Assembly (NCBI GenBank): GCA_904063045.1
Contig: CAJFCJ010000004.1
Location: forward strand, 923,713 to 987,712
Direction of reading: 5' to 3'
DNA length: 64,000 nt
From: Dimorphilus gyrociliatus
Taxonomy: Eukaryota; Animalia; Annelida
Positions 1 through 11,834 of the stretch are shown here, piece after piece (the stretch's first letter is position 1; each line of letters begins with the position of its first letter). The position numbers were made by a program, and so were the translations under genes. Below the pieces are notes generated by a model. The model was given only the letters and a program-made list of their open reading frames with translations. It was not told where the DNA came from and searched no databases.

Positions 1-1060
1 TACCCTGGGAAATTAGTGTTATTATTCATAAACCCCAAAATACCGTATCTGTCTTGTGTCAACTTTAAAAGCAAAGGCCAGTTAGGATGCGCATTATTTC
101 ATTTATTCGTTTATGTAAACGCCACCCGCCCCTAATTCGGCTATAGCTCATACCTAATGCGTAGAAAAGGTCAAGATAAGGTTAGGAGCTGTTTTCCTTT
201 GTTTTATAATAACATTTAATGAAAATTCCATCAGTTTGTTACCTTCTAATTAGTTTTTTAGTACCAAATTGCTCAGCTTGTGAGAAAAAATCCATTCCAT
301 GAATCGTTTATTTTAATTTTCCTGTTACGAAATGAATAAATTAACGCACAGTAGGACACTTAAATTCCATATGTGCGTACGCGCGTGTATGTACAAGGTT
401 TTTTTCTCCTTTTATCATTACGATTGATATATATCCAACAGAGAGCTGTCTATTTTTTTTTTATAAGAGAGGTTTTTTGTAACTTTCTCTTTATTTTTTA
501 CGATTTTCATCTTACCTTCAACCCTCCCTCATCCTAAAAAAAAAGCGTAGTACAAAGAATGTTTTCCCCTTCATTTCCCTTTTTTCTAATGAAAAATTCT
601 CTATCCTTCTGTCTGCCTGTCTATCTCTCAGCCTATATTGTTTTTCTCAATCTTTAAAGAAAGTATTGTTTGTTTTTTCTTTTTTGAAGTAAGATTCGGA
701 AAGAAAAATATAGGCAATCGTTTCACTCCGTCGTTTTGCAGATGGGATAAGCTTTAAAGTTGTAATATTTGATCAATAGCACTCTCTACTTTTTATAGTT
801 CTTATCTATAATTAGAATATTAGAAAAGTCAAGATTTTTGTTATCCCTTCGACATTTAAAGATGTGATTTAGTATTGATATATCATACATATTTTAACCT
901 TGATAGCTTTCGTAATTTCCCAGTAAACTCTTGGGAATTAGATGGCTGTCTTGGCCACAATCTGTACGATAATCGATTTATAACTATTAGGCTAAAGGAG
1001 ATTTTCCTTTTGATTTTTGCTTAAAAACTTCAATACTTATTTTTATGTATCCTTAAATAG

Positions 1061-4000
1061 ATGAAACTGAAATGGAACCATACAAAAAAAATCTATGCCC
1101 TATCGATAAAAATTACAAAGCAAACCTCAATTTAATTGAGTTTCCAGAAGAATGTCCGAATTCACGAGTTTATCAATGTGCTAACGGAAAAGAGTTAAAA
1201 ATTCAACAATCTTGTATGAAGAAGAGTAAGTAGAAAGAGTAAAATAGGTCTATTTGATTAATACCAGTCAGATTTAATAAAATACTTATTTCATATGCTC
1301 TTTCAATGCCATGATTGCTTACAGAATCCCTTCAACTATATTGCTTGGGCTGGTGGAAGAAACCAGGTTCTAATAAGAAAATTGGGGTTGTAAGACATGG
1401 GGATACAAAACCACCAAATTATAAGTGCTTCGTTAGTAACATTTTAATAGAGCTTTTATCATGCCAATCGTACTTATCATTATAATCCAATAGCATGCAT
1501 CGAGATCTGATAACGTAGAAACGTTGGTAACATTCAATCAAGGTATTCATATGGATTTGTGCGAGGCGGAACCAAGGGATTATTATAGTAGAGACGTCTA
1601 CACTTTTAGGAAGTTGGATGATTCAACTTGGAGTAAGATGATTTGTCGATTTCCCTCTTGGTTCGAGAGGCGGAAGTGGGTAGACATGTTGGGTAGATAT
1701 CGGTACGAGACTTGGAATACCGATAAGGAATTAAGAGAGAAATTGATTGATGGTGACGGAACGAGGACATTTAGATGTGTGGGAATTCGCTCTGATGACG
1801 ATCATTTTATAATCCATAGTGCAACATCCTCTTCATGGTCAGTTTATGTTTTTTCTGTCTATTATGTAATTACATTTCCTAGACGTCCCTAAACCTAATT
1901 GTAAAGCTTCGTACAACTGCAATTTCATAATGAATCGCGGGAATATTTAAAAATCAGTCTGCGAATTGTTATAGGCTTGATATTTATCATTCATTCATCA
2001 TAGAGCTATATAATTTTCTGATATACATATAAACTAGCTAGACTATTGTTGTAGGGAAAAAGATATTTGCAGTCTCCAGTATATTGAATAATCATCAAGT
2101 TCTATTAGAGAAATCTCAAGGACGATTGAATAAAGCTTCAGACAAAGGAGATATATCTCCTTAATTGTTTTTTTTTTAAAAGAAAAAAAATTATATAAAT
2201 TTCTTTTCTATTTTTTATTGCAGTGCAAATAAATTGTATAAAACTTATGCTAAAACAATGTATAATGCAGTATATATTGTATTATATATATATATATACA
2301 GTATAGATACATATATAACCAAACACTTAAATATTCACCATGGACAACTAAGTATTTAAAAAGTAAACGTTTTAACACCAGAACTTTTTTTAACGTGTTA
2401 CCAATCAATACGGAAGAAATAAGAGAAACTAGTAATGGAATTCACTACTGGCCTCAAATTATCCAACTGTTATTATTACTTAAGATATAGAAAAAAAATT
2501 TATATAGAAATCTATTTCTAGGCCTAAAAATATCGAGCTTGTAAGAAAACAAGTTGGTTTTATGTATATATATAAAATAACCATCACATAGTGCATATAG
2601 TACTATATGCACTATATATACAGTATATTTATATATATTTATATTTATATTTGCATTTTTAATGTTCATCAATACGCAACATGTTCATCTTTTACAAACA
2701 AAACTTTACTTCTTTTCGTATAAATACGTTATTGAACGAAAATTTTTTGTTTCCAAGCCTTTCTCTCTTCTATTTATCTATCTATCTCTCTCTCTTACTG
2801 TCTCTTTATATATTTTTTTCTTTTTTAGTGATCCGATCATGCACTGCATCAAAGGAATTCGCAGAGGTGACAAACTCGTTGAACTATTAATCGGCTCGCA
2901 TCTTCGGGAGGAAGATCGTTGGGATTGTGAAAAGTCTTTGATGAAAACTGAAAAGAAGATTTTATTAGGTAGGCGGAAAACTTTCATCTACTACTCTGTC
3001 AGGGTGGCGGATTGGCCACGTGCTGATATTTCCTATTTTCTATTCCATCTTTCTCTATATATTCACATAAAAATAAAAAAAAGTCGCGTGCCGTCGTGCG
3101 ATTCTTGACCCGTCACTTTTTCTTTAAAGTAAGTAGTGGCCTTAGACGTACATGCCACCTGGGACCTCATCAATCGTCCGATGAAATCTGTTAAAAATGG
3201 TAGGGGGGAAATAAAAGAGATACCATTTCCTTATAGACCACGTGACGTTCCTAGACTCATTTCTGTAAATAGAATTAGTAAAAATGGAAAATTTGATAAA
3301 AACAGCCGAGGATACTTCACTCGTCGAATGCCAAATTCGAGGCCGTCATACGGATGCGGAAGATGAGAGAGGAGGCTGTAAATCGAATTTGAACGCTTGC
3401 TTATCACCAAATGTCATTACCATAGCGACTCTGTGTAAAGGTACGAATTTTGAAGTATTTTCTGCAATATAGTATAAAAATTTTATTACTGCACGTGATA
3501 GCGCAGTAAAAAATATATTTCAAGGGAAAATTGACCTAATTAATAATTAATTTTAAATGATTTTATATCAGTTTTACTCAAGTTTATTATCTCCTATTAA
3601 TTAAATCTTAAATATTAACTTGATTGGTTTAATTAATAAGCCGTTTTAAACAAAATAGCAAAGAAATTGGCCTGCTACCATACATGGCATCATGGAGGAC
3701 ATAAGTACATTCTAGTTGGAGATTGGGAAAAGAAAAGAGAGGCTCGAAATTGCTTGGTTTGTTTTCTTATATCGTTATTTATTCATGTTAGATTATGCAA
3801 AAGGCTGACTGCAATGACTGATTGTGAGCAAAATACGTCCTATCATTAGTTAAATGAATTGAACGTAACAAATTGTAGGCTTTAAGTAATTGTCTTTCCC
3901 GCAATTCCTTCTATCAAAAAGAATTCCTTCTCTTTTTTTTGCTCTAGCTTAATCATCAATATAGAAAATGAATAAGAGAAAAAAAATTTACTCATTTCTT

Positions 4001-4586
4001 TAGTCTCTTATTTTTTTTCTTCTTCCTTTATTATACTATTTTTACCTTTCAGTTCACTTTAACTTAAACTGTAGAAAGCTATTACGTCAGTACAAAAGAT
4101 TGAACATAAAAAATTTCAATTACTGCCTCCTTTTCTAGAAACAAATAATCATTTTAAAACAATGACAGGCGTAGCTATAATTTCTAATTTCTCTTCCTTT
4201 TTATTTTTAGCAAATTACTGAAAAAGGTAACACAATGACGGTAAAGACAGCACCAGAATGTAATATGGGTGCCCCTCACATATTTGGCCAACCTATAAAC
4301 ATAACTCTTCATTTACATAGAAGTTTGTATATTCTATTTTTTTAACGAGACTATAAAATATAAGATGTAGGCTAAATGGTTTAAATTTTTATTGATATTT
4401 CTAGGAAAATGTCATAAAAGGAAAAGCCGACAAAAGGAAAAGAAAAACCTAAAAAAGAGCGGTAATGAGAAACGTTCAGAGTTAGAAGTCTATATGGATA
4501 CTAAAACACCTGAAAATAGTGCCCCCTCACGGACTTTTCACCATCTATCTATCGCCATCTGCTGGTTGACGTACAGACTGTTTTAA
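1061..4586 (+). CDS. Multi-exon Cys-rich extracellular protein, DUF7042/DUF7043-like repeat family; 5' end unresolved
   Basis: Eight exons with GT-AG sites and consistent phases: 1061-1225, 1325-1431, 1494-1837, 2829-2968, 3279-3440, 3659-3756, 4211-4322, 4405-4586 (about 436 codons). Repeated motifs: LYCLGWW...YKCF, CRFPSW...W, HCIKGIRRGDKLVELLIG, CQIRGRH...GGCKSNL, LACYHTWHHGGHKYIL...NCL. Ends in a short hydrophobic tail (LSIAICWLTYRLF). The family name is recalled, not searched. Confidence 0.7.
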
Positions 4587-5288
4587 AACGAAAAATCTAT
4601 AAATAGAGCAATGGGAAATAACGTTAGAAAAGAAATATAAAGAAAACGAAGTTGTAAATTATTAATAAGAAGAGAAAGAGAAAATATAAAACGATATAAA
4701 CTGCTATTTTTTCTTTTCATACATTTGATGTAAATATATATACAGTATATAAAAACTAAGTTATTAGTCATTTTCTTGCCGTTATTAGTTTGTTTCAAAA
4801 AGGAAAAAGAAGACAAAAATGACAATTGACAATTGTCAATTACAATAATTAAAAATTCACATACAGAATTGAAAAGGAAATATCTAAAGCAACAAAAGAC
4901 AAACTAACATTTTTGTGTAATTTTCCCTTTATAACCAAAAAAGAATTCAATTATGTTGTAGTGGAAAGAAAAAGAAGCTGTGACTTAGAAATTTCATATA
5001 ACTGATATATGTATAAATAAAAGTGTCTACTTTAATTTTATCAATTAATTAAGAACGAAAGATAAGAGTACAACATTCCTTTTTACCCTTTTCCCTTTTA
5101 TTTGTTTGTTTTATTAAAATCTTATTTATGGAGCATAAAGAAGAAAATATATAAATATGAATGTAAAAACGTGATTTTTTCTATTTTATATACAACAAAA
5201 TATTTTATATATAAAGAAATAAATCATACATATATACAGTTTATTAATAAATAAACAATCTTATTAAATTGTCTCTTTCTTATTCTAT

Positions 5289-6485
5289 TCATTTACCATC
5301 AAATTTTAATAATAGTAAAAATCCTAAAAGTAGAAAGCATGTTTGAAGTGCAAATATTGTAACTCCATTACCTAGAAATTCGAATATTGGTAAACCTCTG
5401 ATTCTATCTAATTCCAAATCTGGAATTTCATCTATACAATCTTTGTCTATTTGCGTTATATTTGGACATTTAATATCGGAGGTACTAAGATCGTTAAATG
5501 AAGTTGGATTTTCTAAATAAGAGAGTAGTTGTCTTGGGGTTATTATAAAAAAGTTTCTATATTGTTTATCCTGTGCTCCTTTACGAAGAAATTCAGCTAT
5601 TCCGTCAACAATCAGTGGTCTTTTTATTAGATCTCTTATATTTAAATGGATTATGAAAGGAGCTCTATTAGTTTCGTTAAATTTTAGGAAATGTTGAAAA
5701 AGTACTTCTACAACATGAGTTTCATTATCAAATTTGCAGTGTTCGATTGTTGCACAAGTTTGTTTAGTTAGATTGTCTTTTATTTCAAAAGCTGGAAATT
5801 CCCATATAGGATAAGACTCTTTTGGACACTTCGGTTTCCAGCATATTTTTCCTTTACACATTGGCATACCACATTCACCAGTTTCCCAGGCTATCGATGT
5901 ATTTAGCTTATAAGGCCATAAAGGTTGATTGAATTTCTTGCTCCAAGGATAGACGGTACTGATATCATAAGAGATATCCATCTCGGATAATGCTTGATAT
6001 TGAGCATCACCACCAATAGCAAAATGGGGCGCTTTTGCTCCTTTGACTTCAACGTTATTTATTATACTTTTTATGTCGTTTAATTCGTCAAACCATTGTT
6101 CTTTTGACGCGTGAACCCAAAATGGAGGGGGCCATATATAAGATTTACTCCCAGCAATTATTTCGTGCCCTCTTATAGCTATATCTTTTAACAGACACTC
6201 ATCAGTCTTTGATCTCGTAACAGCAATAGTAAGTCCAGCCGAACATAAACCTAGGGGTGGTTGATTTCGTCGCCTGGTGGGCATAATTCTTCTTAAAATG
6301 CTATATGATTTGTAGTCGATTTGTCCCTCAACTACAATAGAAATAAATTGTGGCCTATCTTCATCACATATTCTCTTTCCATATAGGCAACATTTATCAT
6401 CTCCCGTACATTTTTCGTGTTTCAAGCTACAATTAAAATTAAATAAAATACAAAAGAAAACGCTTAAAATAAGGATAGGAGACAT
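5289..6485 (-). CDS. Chitin/polysaccharide deacetylase-like (CE4/NodB barrel) protein with signal peptide and C-terminal hydrophobic anchor, probably catalytically inactive
   Basis: Single 398-aa ORF. N-terminal hydrophobic leader; PQFISIV, RGHEI, KGAKAPHFAIGGDAQY, YDIS, LWPYKL, CP..SYPIWEFP and NRAPF match animal CDA-like proteins; C-terminal hydrophobic segment GVTIFALQTCFLLLGFLLLL. Confidence 0.85.
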   Translation of the reverse strand: MSPILILSVFFCILFNFNCSLKHEKCTGDDKCCLYGKRICDEDRPQFISIVVEGQIDYKSYSILRRIMPTRRRNQPPLGLCSAGLTIAVTRSKTDECLLKDIAIRGHEIIAGSKSYIWPPPFWVHASKEQWFDELNDIKSIINNVEVKGAKAPHFAIGGDAQYQALSEMDISYDISTVYPWSKKFNQPLWPYKLNTSIAWETGECGMPMCKGKICWKPKCPKESYPIWEFPAFEIKDNLTKQTCATIEHCKFDNETHVVEVLFQHFLKFNETNRAPFIIHLNIRDLIKRPLIVDGIAEFLRKGAQDKQYRNFFIITPRQLLSYLENPTSFNDLSTSDIKCPNITQIDKDCIDEIPDLELDRIRGLPIFEFLGNGVTIFALQTCFLLLGFLLLLKFDGK

Positions 6486-8412
6486 ATTCCTCGACTTTCG
6501 AAAGTAGAAATATTAGAGGAAGTAAATTGCAATATTAGATCAATATTTATAAATATGAAATCCGACAGGTGGCGTTCTTAGTGGTAAGTTGAACGCTTGT
6601 GTCTATTTTGAAAAAACAAGTGTGTACGTGACCTCACTGTCCTCTAGATACGTTTAACATTTCATACAATATAAAAAATAGAGGAAATAACATGATAATA
6701 GATACTTTAGAAATAGTGTTCTCTCCTATGAACAACTTCTGAACAATGAGCACTACTAATAAACTTATGAATATAAGTAAAAGAAAAGTAGTAAAAGATA
6801 GAAGAATAGAATATTTAGATAAATCATATATGTTGTTTACTTATAAATAACTGCGAGATTGATAAAAAATGGAATCATTTTTCCTATCTTTTTGCTGGTT
6901 TCATACAGCATATTTAAATTAATATATAAAATGAATTGATTAAAGGATTACGCAATAAAAGATTAAATTATAAAATCTATAATTATATCTAATTATAAAT
7001 GCTAAGAATCTATTGCATCAATCATAAATCGGTATTGCTTATTGCTATCGTTATTGTTCGTGTAGCAAAATGTGTTCATTAGTTGTTAATCTCATCAGGG
7101 AAACTAAATAACAATACAAATATATTTACTAACCCATTTTCTTTAGTCTATTTCCTACAAAGTAAAGGCTTCCTTCTACTACTTTCTTTTGACTATTTTG
7201 TCATCAATATATGCACAATCTTTTCTAAAAAATACAAAATTGGGGATTGAATATTATAATAAAAGAGTCTTATAAATTCTAAAATAAACGAGCGCTATGA
7301 ATTCTATTTAAACAATTCTGTGTTGTTAATTCTTAATTATTAATTAGATGGTTTAAGATGTCAACTGTATCAATTTTAAATTGATGCAAATTATTCTTAT
7401 TATTAGTGTTCATGTAACAAATTATACTCATTAATTGTTAATTTCTTTATACGAGAAAGAGTTGGCAGTTTAAAGAAATCCTTAACTGCTTTCAAAATAG
7501 AAACAGGAAGAAAAAATAGTATTAGAATGTAGGTTAACTTGTGAATATCAAATGGATTAATCCTTTTTCCTATTGTATCGTTATTAGAGAAAAGATCTTA
7601 ACGCTATTTTTACTGCTACGAAGAGTGTAAAGTTTAAGTTAAAGTGAATGACTTGTCAATTGGAAAGAAGGAAAGACTGTACATAGAAATTGGGCTTTGA
7701 GATCAAGATTTATAAATGACGGAGCGTTAACCTAAGTCTTACCTATTTGACTAGTTCGTGACGATAATTTACAATAAAATACAATTAGATATTTTTCACC
7801 TACGATACAAGCAGATTATTGAAGCGTGTCCTATAAAAATGGAGGATATCAAGTGTTAATTCCAAAAAGATCCTAAATATCAGTTTGATTCTAACGAAAT
7901 TATCTACTCAAAAATAGAACAAAAATACAGTATATGTATATTTATAGATATTAATATTTCTATTTTAATTGACTGGTTCTAATTTTTAATTTCCATTTAA
8001 TATCTACAAAAGATAAAAGAAACTATAAATGATAATTGAATAGTGTTTTTCGAAGAATATTGATTAAAATCAAAAAAACAAAAGAAAAATTAAATTAACA
8101 CATCTGCTTAATTGTCATCGTGAATTTTTATTGTAACATTCTTTTATTACATTACAAATTTCGACTTTACATCTATAACATATGTTTATAATTGCTATTA
8201 GCCATAATAATAGTAATAATAATAAAATATGCAATTAAACTTGAGTAAACTAATGTTTTTTTATACTTGAAATTAGACTGTACATTATATTTTCTCCTTC
8301 TTGTCTCTGTTGCTTTCTTCTTCTTTTTTCTCCGGTTTCTTTATAATGTGTAAATGTGCATCAGTTTGATTAAGTAGATAAATTAAAGATATAAGCTTCG
8401 TCTATTCTTTAT

Positions 8413-11400
8413 TTATGGTCCGTGATATTCTAAAGGAGGAATCCTTAACATTAATTGAGTATAGCTATCTAATGGATGCGTTGGCATGCTGTTAAAAGAA
8501 AATATAATATTTATTATTATTTATTATATAAGAGTATTGCATTATTATCAGAATATTTAAATTATCGTACTTTTCAGGTTGTAGTGTAGGTGGTGGTGGC
8601 GGCGATATATTTTGAAACAACGTTGAATTGTTATTATTAGTATTATAGGTTGGAGTTGTTTCCATTATGGTTGGTTGATTATCTTGACGTTCGCTAGTTG
8701 TTAAAAAGTTACTAGGTATTGGTTGATCAGACATTTCGGCCGATAGCTTTTGCTGCCTCAACAACCAAACTTGATTAGCCATAACTCTTCTATGTTGACT
8801 AATAAGTCTACATTTTTCGCATTGACAAAACTGATATTTGCAGCTATTCTTGTGATACTTCAAATATGCAATTTCATTATGAGCTTTACATCTCTGACAG
8901 AGAGGCTTTTTTCGGCGCTTTGTCATCCTGATAATAATTAAAATTAAATAATAAAGATGAAAGAATTTATCTCGTAGTTTAACTTACTCTTCGCCATCTA
9001 AGCTATTCGATTCTAGAACTATTCAGTGGGAATAAGAACAAGATTAAAAACCGAATAATAAAATGTTTTCTATGTATATTCATATATACCTGATCCCTCA
9101 TCTTCATTATCAACTGTTAAACAGCTATCAAAGTTTTCTCTCTTCTGTTTCTTTTTCAAAGCCAACTGAGTGATATTTCTTTCAATAATAAGAGAACATT
9201 TAGGACATGTACAATGTTGAAATTGGCATCGCCATTTATGCCCTCGCCTCAATGAGTCAACGCCATGATTCCTACACCTTGAGCATTTAGTTTCCCGTTT
9301 GTAGTTCTTTTCCATATTTTCCGACGAGGAACTGCTACATATAGGAAAATTTTTTAAGACGCAAGTATATTATAGACGATTATATTAATAAAGAGAATAA
9401 AAATATATCAGATATGAATATTCATAGAATTAATGATACGGTACTTGCACGGTCAGTGTTTCTTTCTGAATGCTAATTATTATCTACACATAATTCAGTT
9501 GAGGTAATTAATAATTTCAATATAATTAATTAATATTTAAATTTTCTAAACTTAAACCTATCTTGATAAATTTTCTATCAATTAACTAAATTCGCAGTAT
9601 ACGTTAATATAGTTTTATCGTTAATTTAACAATAAATTTAATAAAATTACAATTTAGAATAATACAGCCTTCAAGGCTATATCAAGGCTCTACCTACATG
9701 TTTTTTTACTATTTACGTTTTCAAGGCTAACTTCATCTATTCAAAAAAAAATGAAATCGTCTGGTGCGCAAAACCGAAGAATTGTCTATGATGAGCAAAT
9801 GTATAGAATTTTTTTTTATAGAAATATATCGGTCGCTTGAATGTTTTTCTACTAATATTATACTCTACTAGTTCAACTAGAACGTAATATTTATTTTAAA
9901 AAATAACATTTCCGACTATCTTAATCTATCAATATTTACTAAGTGAAATATCTTTTCAACGTATAAATCATTAAGTCTATTAAACGTTTGTAGTTAAAAC
10001 AATTGAAAATTAATTAAGATATTTACTTAAGCTAAACAAAACAGTTCGTCCTTCAAATTTCATCTACCTGCCGCAGAGAGAAATGTTTCTCTTAGTGATT
10101 GATTCTAATAAAGAGAATGATAACTGTTGCGCCCTCTCTCCTAATATTGATAATTTATTATTCTTATTTATTTATATAAGCTGATAATTTTTTTAAGTAA
10201 GCTTTTAAAAAAGAAAGAAGACAAATTAATGTAAGTATATGCAATTAGGTCAGGTTATATACACATTATTAAACTGTGATAAAAATAAACTAAGGAGACT
10301 TTACTGTCAAGAACAAGTTCTAAGCGTGTAGGAACTTGTCAAACTATTTCGAGCAGTTTTTTTACTTTCCATTTACTGTTTAAATATATCCTTTCTACTC
10401 CTTACTAGTAATGATAGAATTATAAATACGCTACATTGAGAATTTAAGTTGAGTTAGAGAAAAACTGCAGTTAAGCAGGTTTTTTTTAAAAGAAAAATGA
10501 GAAAAGTTAAAAAAAAAAGAAACTTGAAAGAATCTGATTCAAGATTAATAAAAATGAGATAATTACAATTACCAAAAAATAAAAGGTACAACAATGAAAA
10601 TCAGTAGATTATGAGTTTTTTCGGAAATTGTTACAATTTGTTTTTTTTAGGTATATTTTGTCAAATGTAACACTTTTCCCTTTAATAGTGGCCCTTTTTT
10701 TTCTTTATCATTATTCTCTTCTCTTCTGTATTTTTTACTATCCACATACAAAACCTATTCACCTATTTATACATAAAGTATTTGTATATATGCTAATATA
10801 CTAATAAAATACTGTTTTATATGTAAAATTGTACATGATGTATAAAACATATACTGTATGTTATCATGTATACGTTTTATGAGTTATATTTTATTTGTTT
10901 ATTATACACTTTAATAGTCCCGACACTTGACAAATTTAGAGTAGTTACTACCTTTGTGAATTATTTAAATAGACTTTAAAACGTAAATATTCATTTAAAA
11001 AGTTAAAGATATAGATAAAACCTATATCGAAACTGATAATCGAAAGAGAAGAAGGGAGGAGAGAGATACAAAATAGAAATTGTATAAAAAGTGAATATAA
11101 AGAAAAAGCACACTTCGAAAGAAAGCAGTTTTAGGAGAAAAGTTGAATAGATTGAAAATAGAATTTGTTACTCTTAAACTTGATGAAAGGTTGTTAAATT
11201 AAAATGCTTTTTTTATCGATTTATGTCCAATAAATGAACATTAAAAGTGAAATTGCTTTAAAAAGGTAAACAATTATTAGAAATTAATAATTTCTAATAA
11301 AAAGAGATCTACTTTTTTCTATTGTTGTTTTTTGTTTCTATTTTAGTTTTACATCATTAGTTTTGTTTGTTGTTTAGTTATTTTTAAAATTAGAAGGAAC

Positions 11401-11834
11401 TTGACCATTCAATATCAATTTACTGTTTAATTTTGGCTTATTAAACGATATTATTTATAAAAGCTATTACTTTTTAGGAATAAAGTTTATATAAAATAAT
11501 ATATTATATGATAAATACGATTGGGTAACGTACCTGTCGTTATTGTCCTCGGCGCTGGCTGCTTTACGTAAAAAAGTAGAAATTATTAGTATTCATTAAA
11601 ATATAGATTAATGATATTAAAATTATAATTACATTGGTTGCTAAAATTTTTTTCCTCGTATGAAACAGTTTCTTGTTTTCTTAATGCCAACTGCATGCTT
11701 ATACGTTCAGAGACAATAGCACATTTCGGACAAGCGCAGTACCGAAATGGACAGGTCTTTTTATGTCCTTTGAGACTCCTCTCTCGACCATGATTTCTAC
11801 ACCTTGTACATTTTATTTCTCGCTTTCTTGACAT
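8413..11834 (-). CDS. Dmrt: Doublesex/MAB-3-related transcription factor with three tandem DM domains (predicted 312 aa, 6 exons)
   Basis: Exons 11834-11633, 11561-11534, 9334-9090, 9018-8988, 8927-8571 and 8488-8413, all GT-AG, sum to 939 nt in one open frame. Three complete C-x2-C-x2-H-x8-H-x3-C-x4-C-x-C-x2-C motifs. The DM domains are near certain; joining into a single transcript is predicted. Confidence 0.8.

Noticed and set aside
589-662. Possible signal-peptide exon (MKKFSILLSACLSLSLYCFSQ) of the first gene, requiring one extra A in the A5 run at 592-596
   Set aside because: It needs an assumed indel, CT-rich DNA gives Leu/Ser-rich peptides by chance, and I could not link it in phase to the 1061 exon.
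2454-2987. Several 65-150 aa ORFs rich in I, Y, F, L and S (also 4583-4825, 27637-27819, 29593-29823, 50699-50917, 61699-61887)
   Set aside because: Translations of TA/CT low-complexity intronic or intergenic DNA with no motifs. Only 2829-2968 is a real exon.
8492-11834. Cluster of three independent small Dmrt genes, as the ORF track implies
   Set aside because: Each ORF runs into AT-rich intron-like sequence past a good donor site, and two micro-exons join all parts in frame. A single gene is more parsimonious, though not proven.
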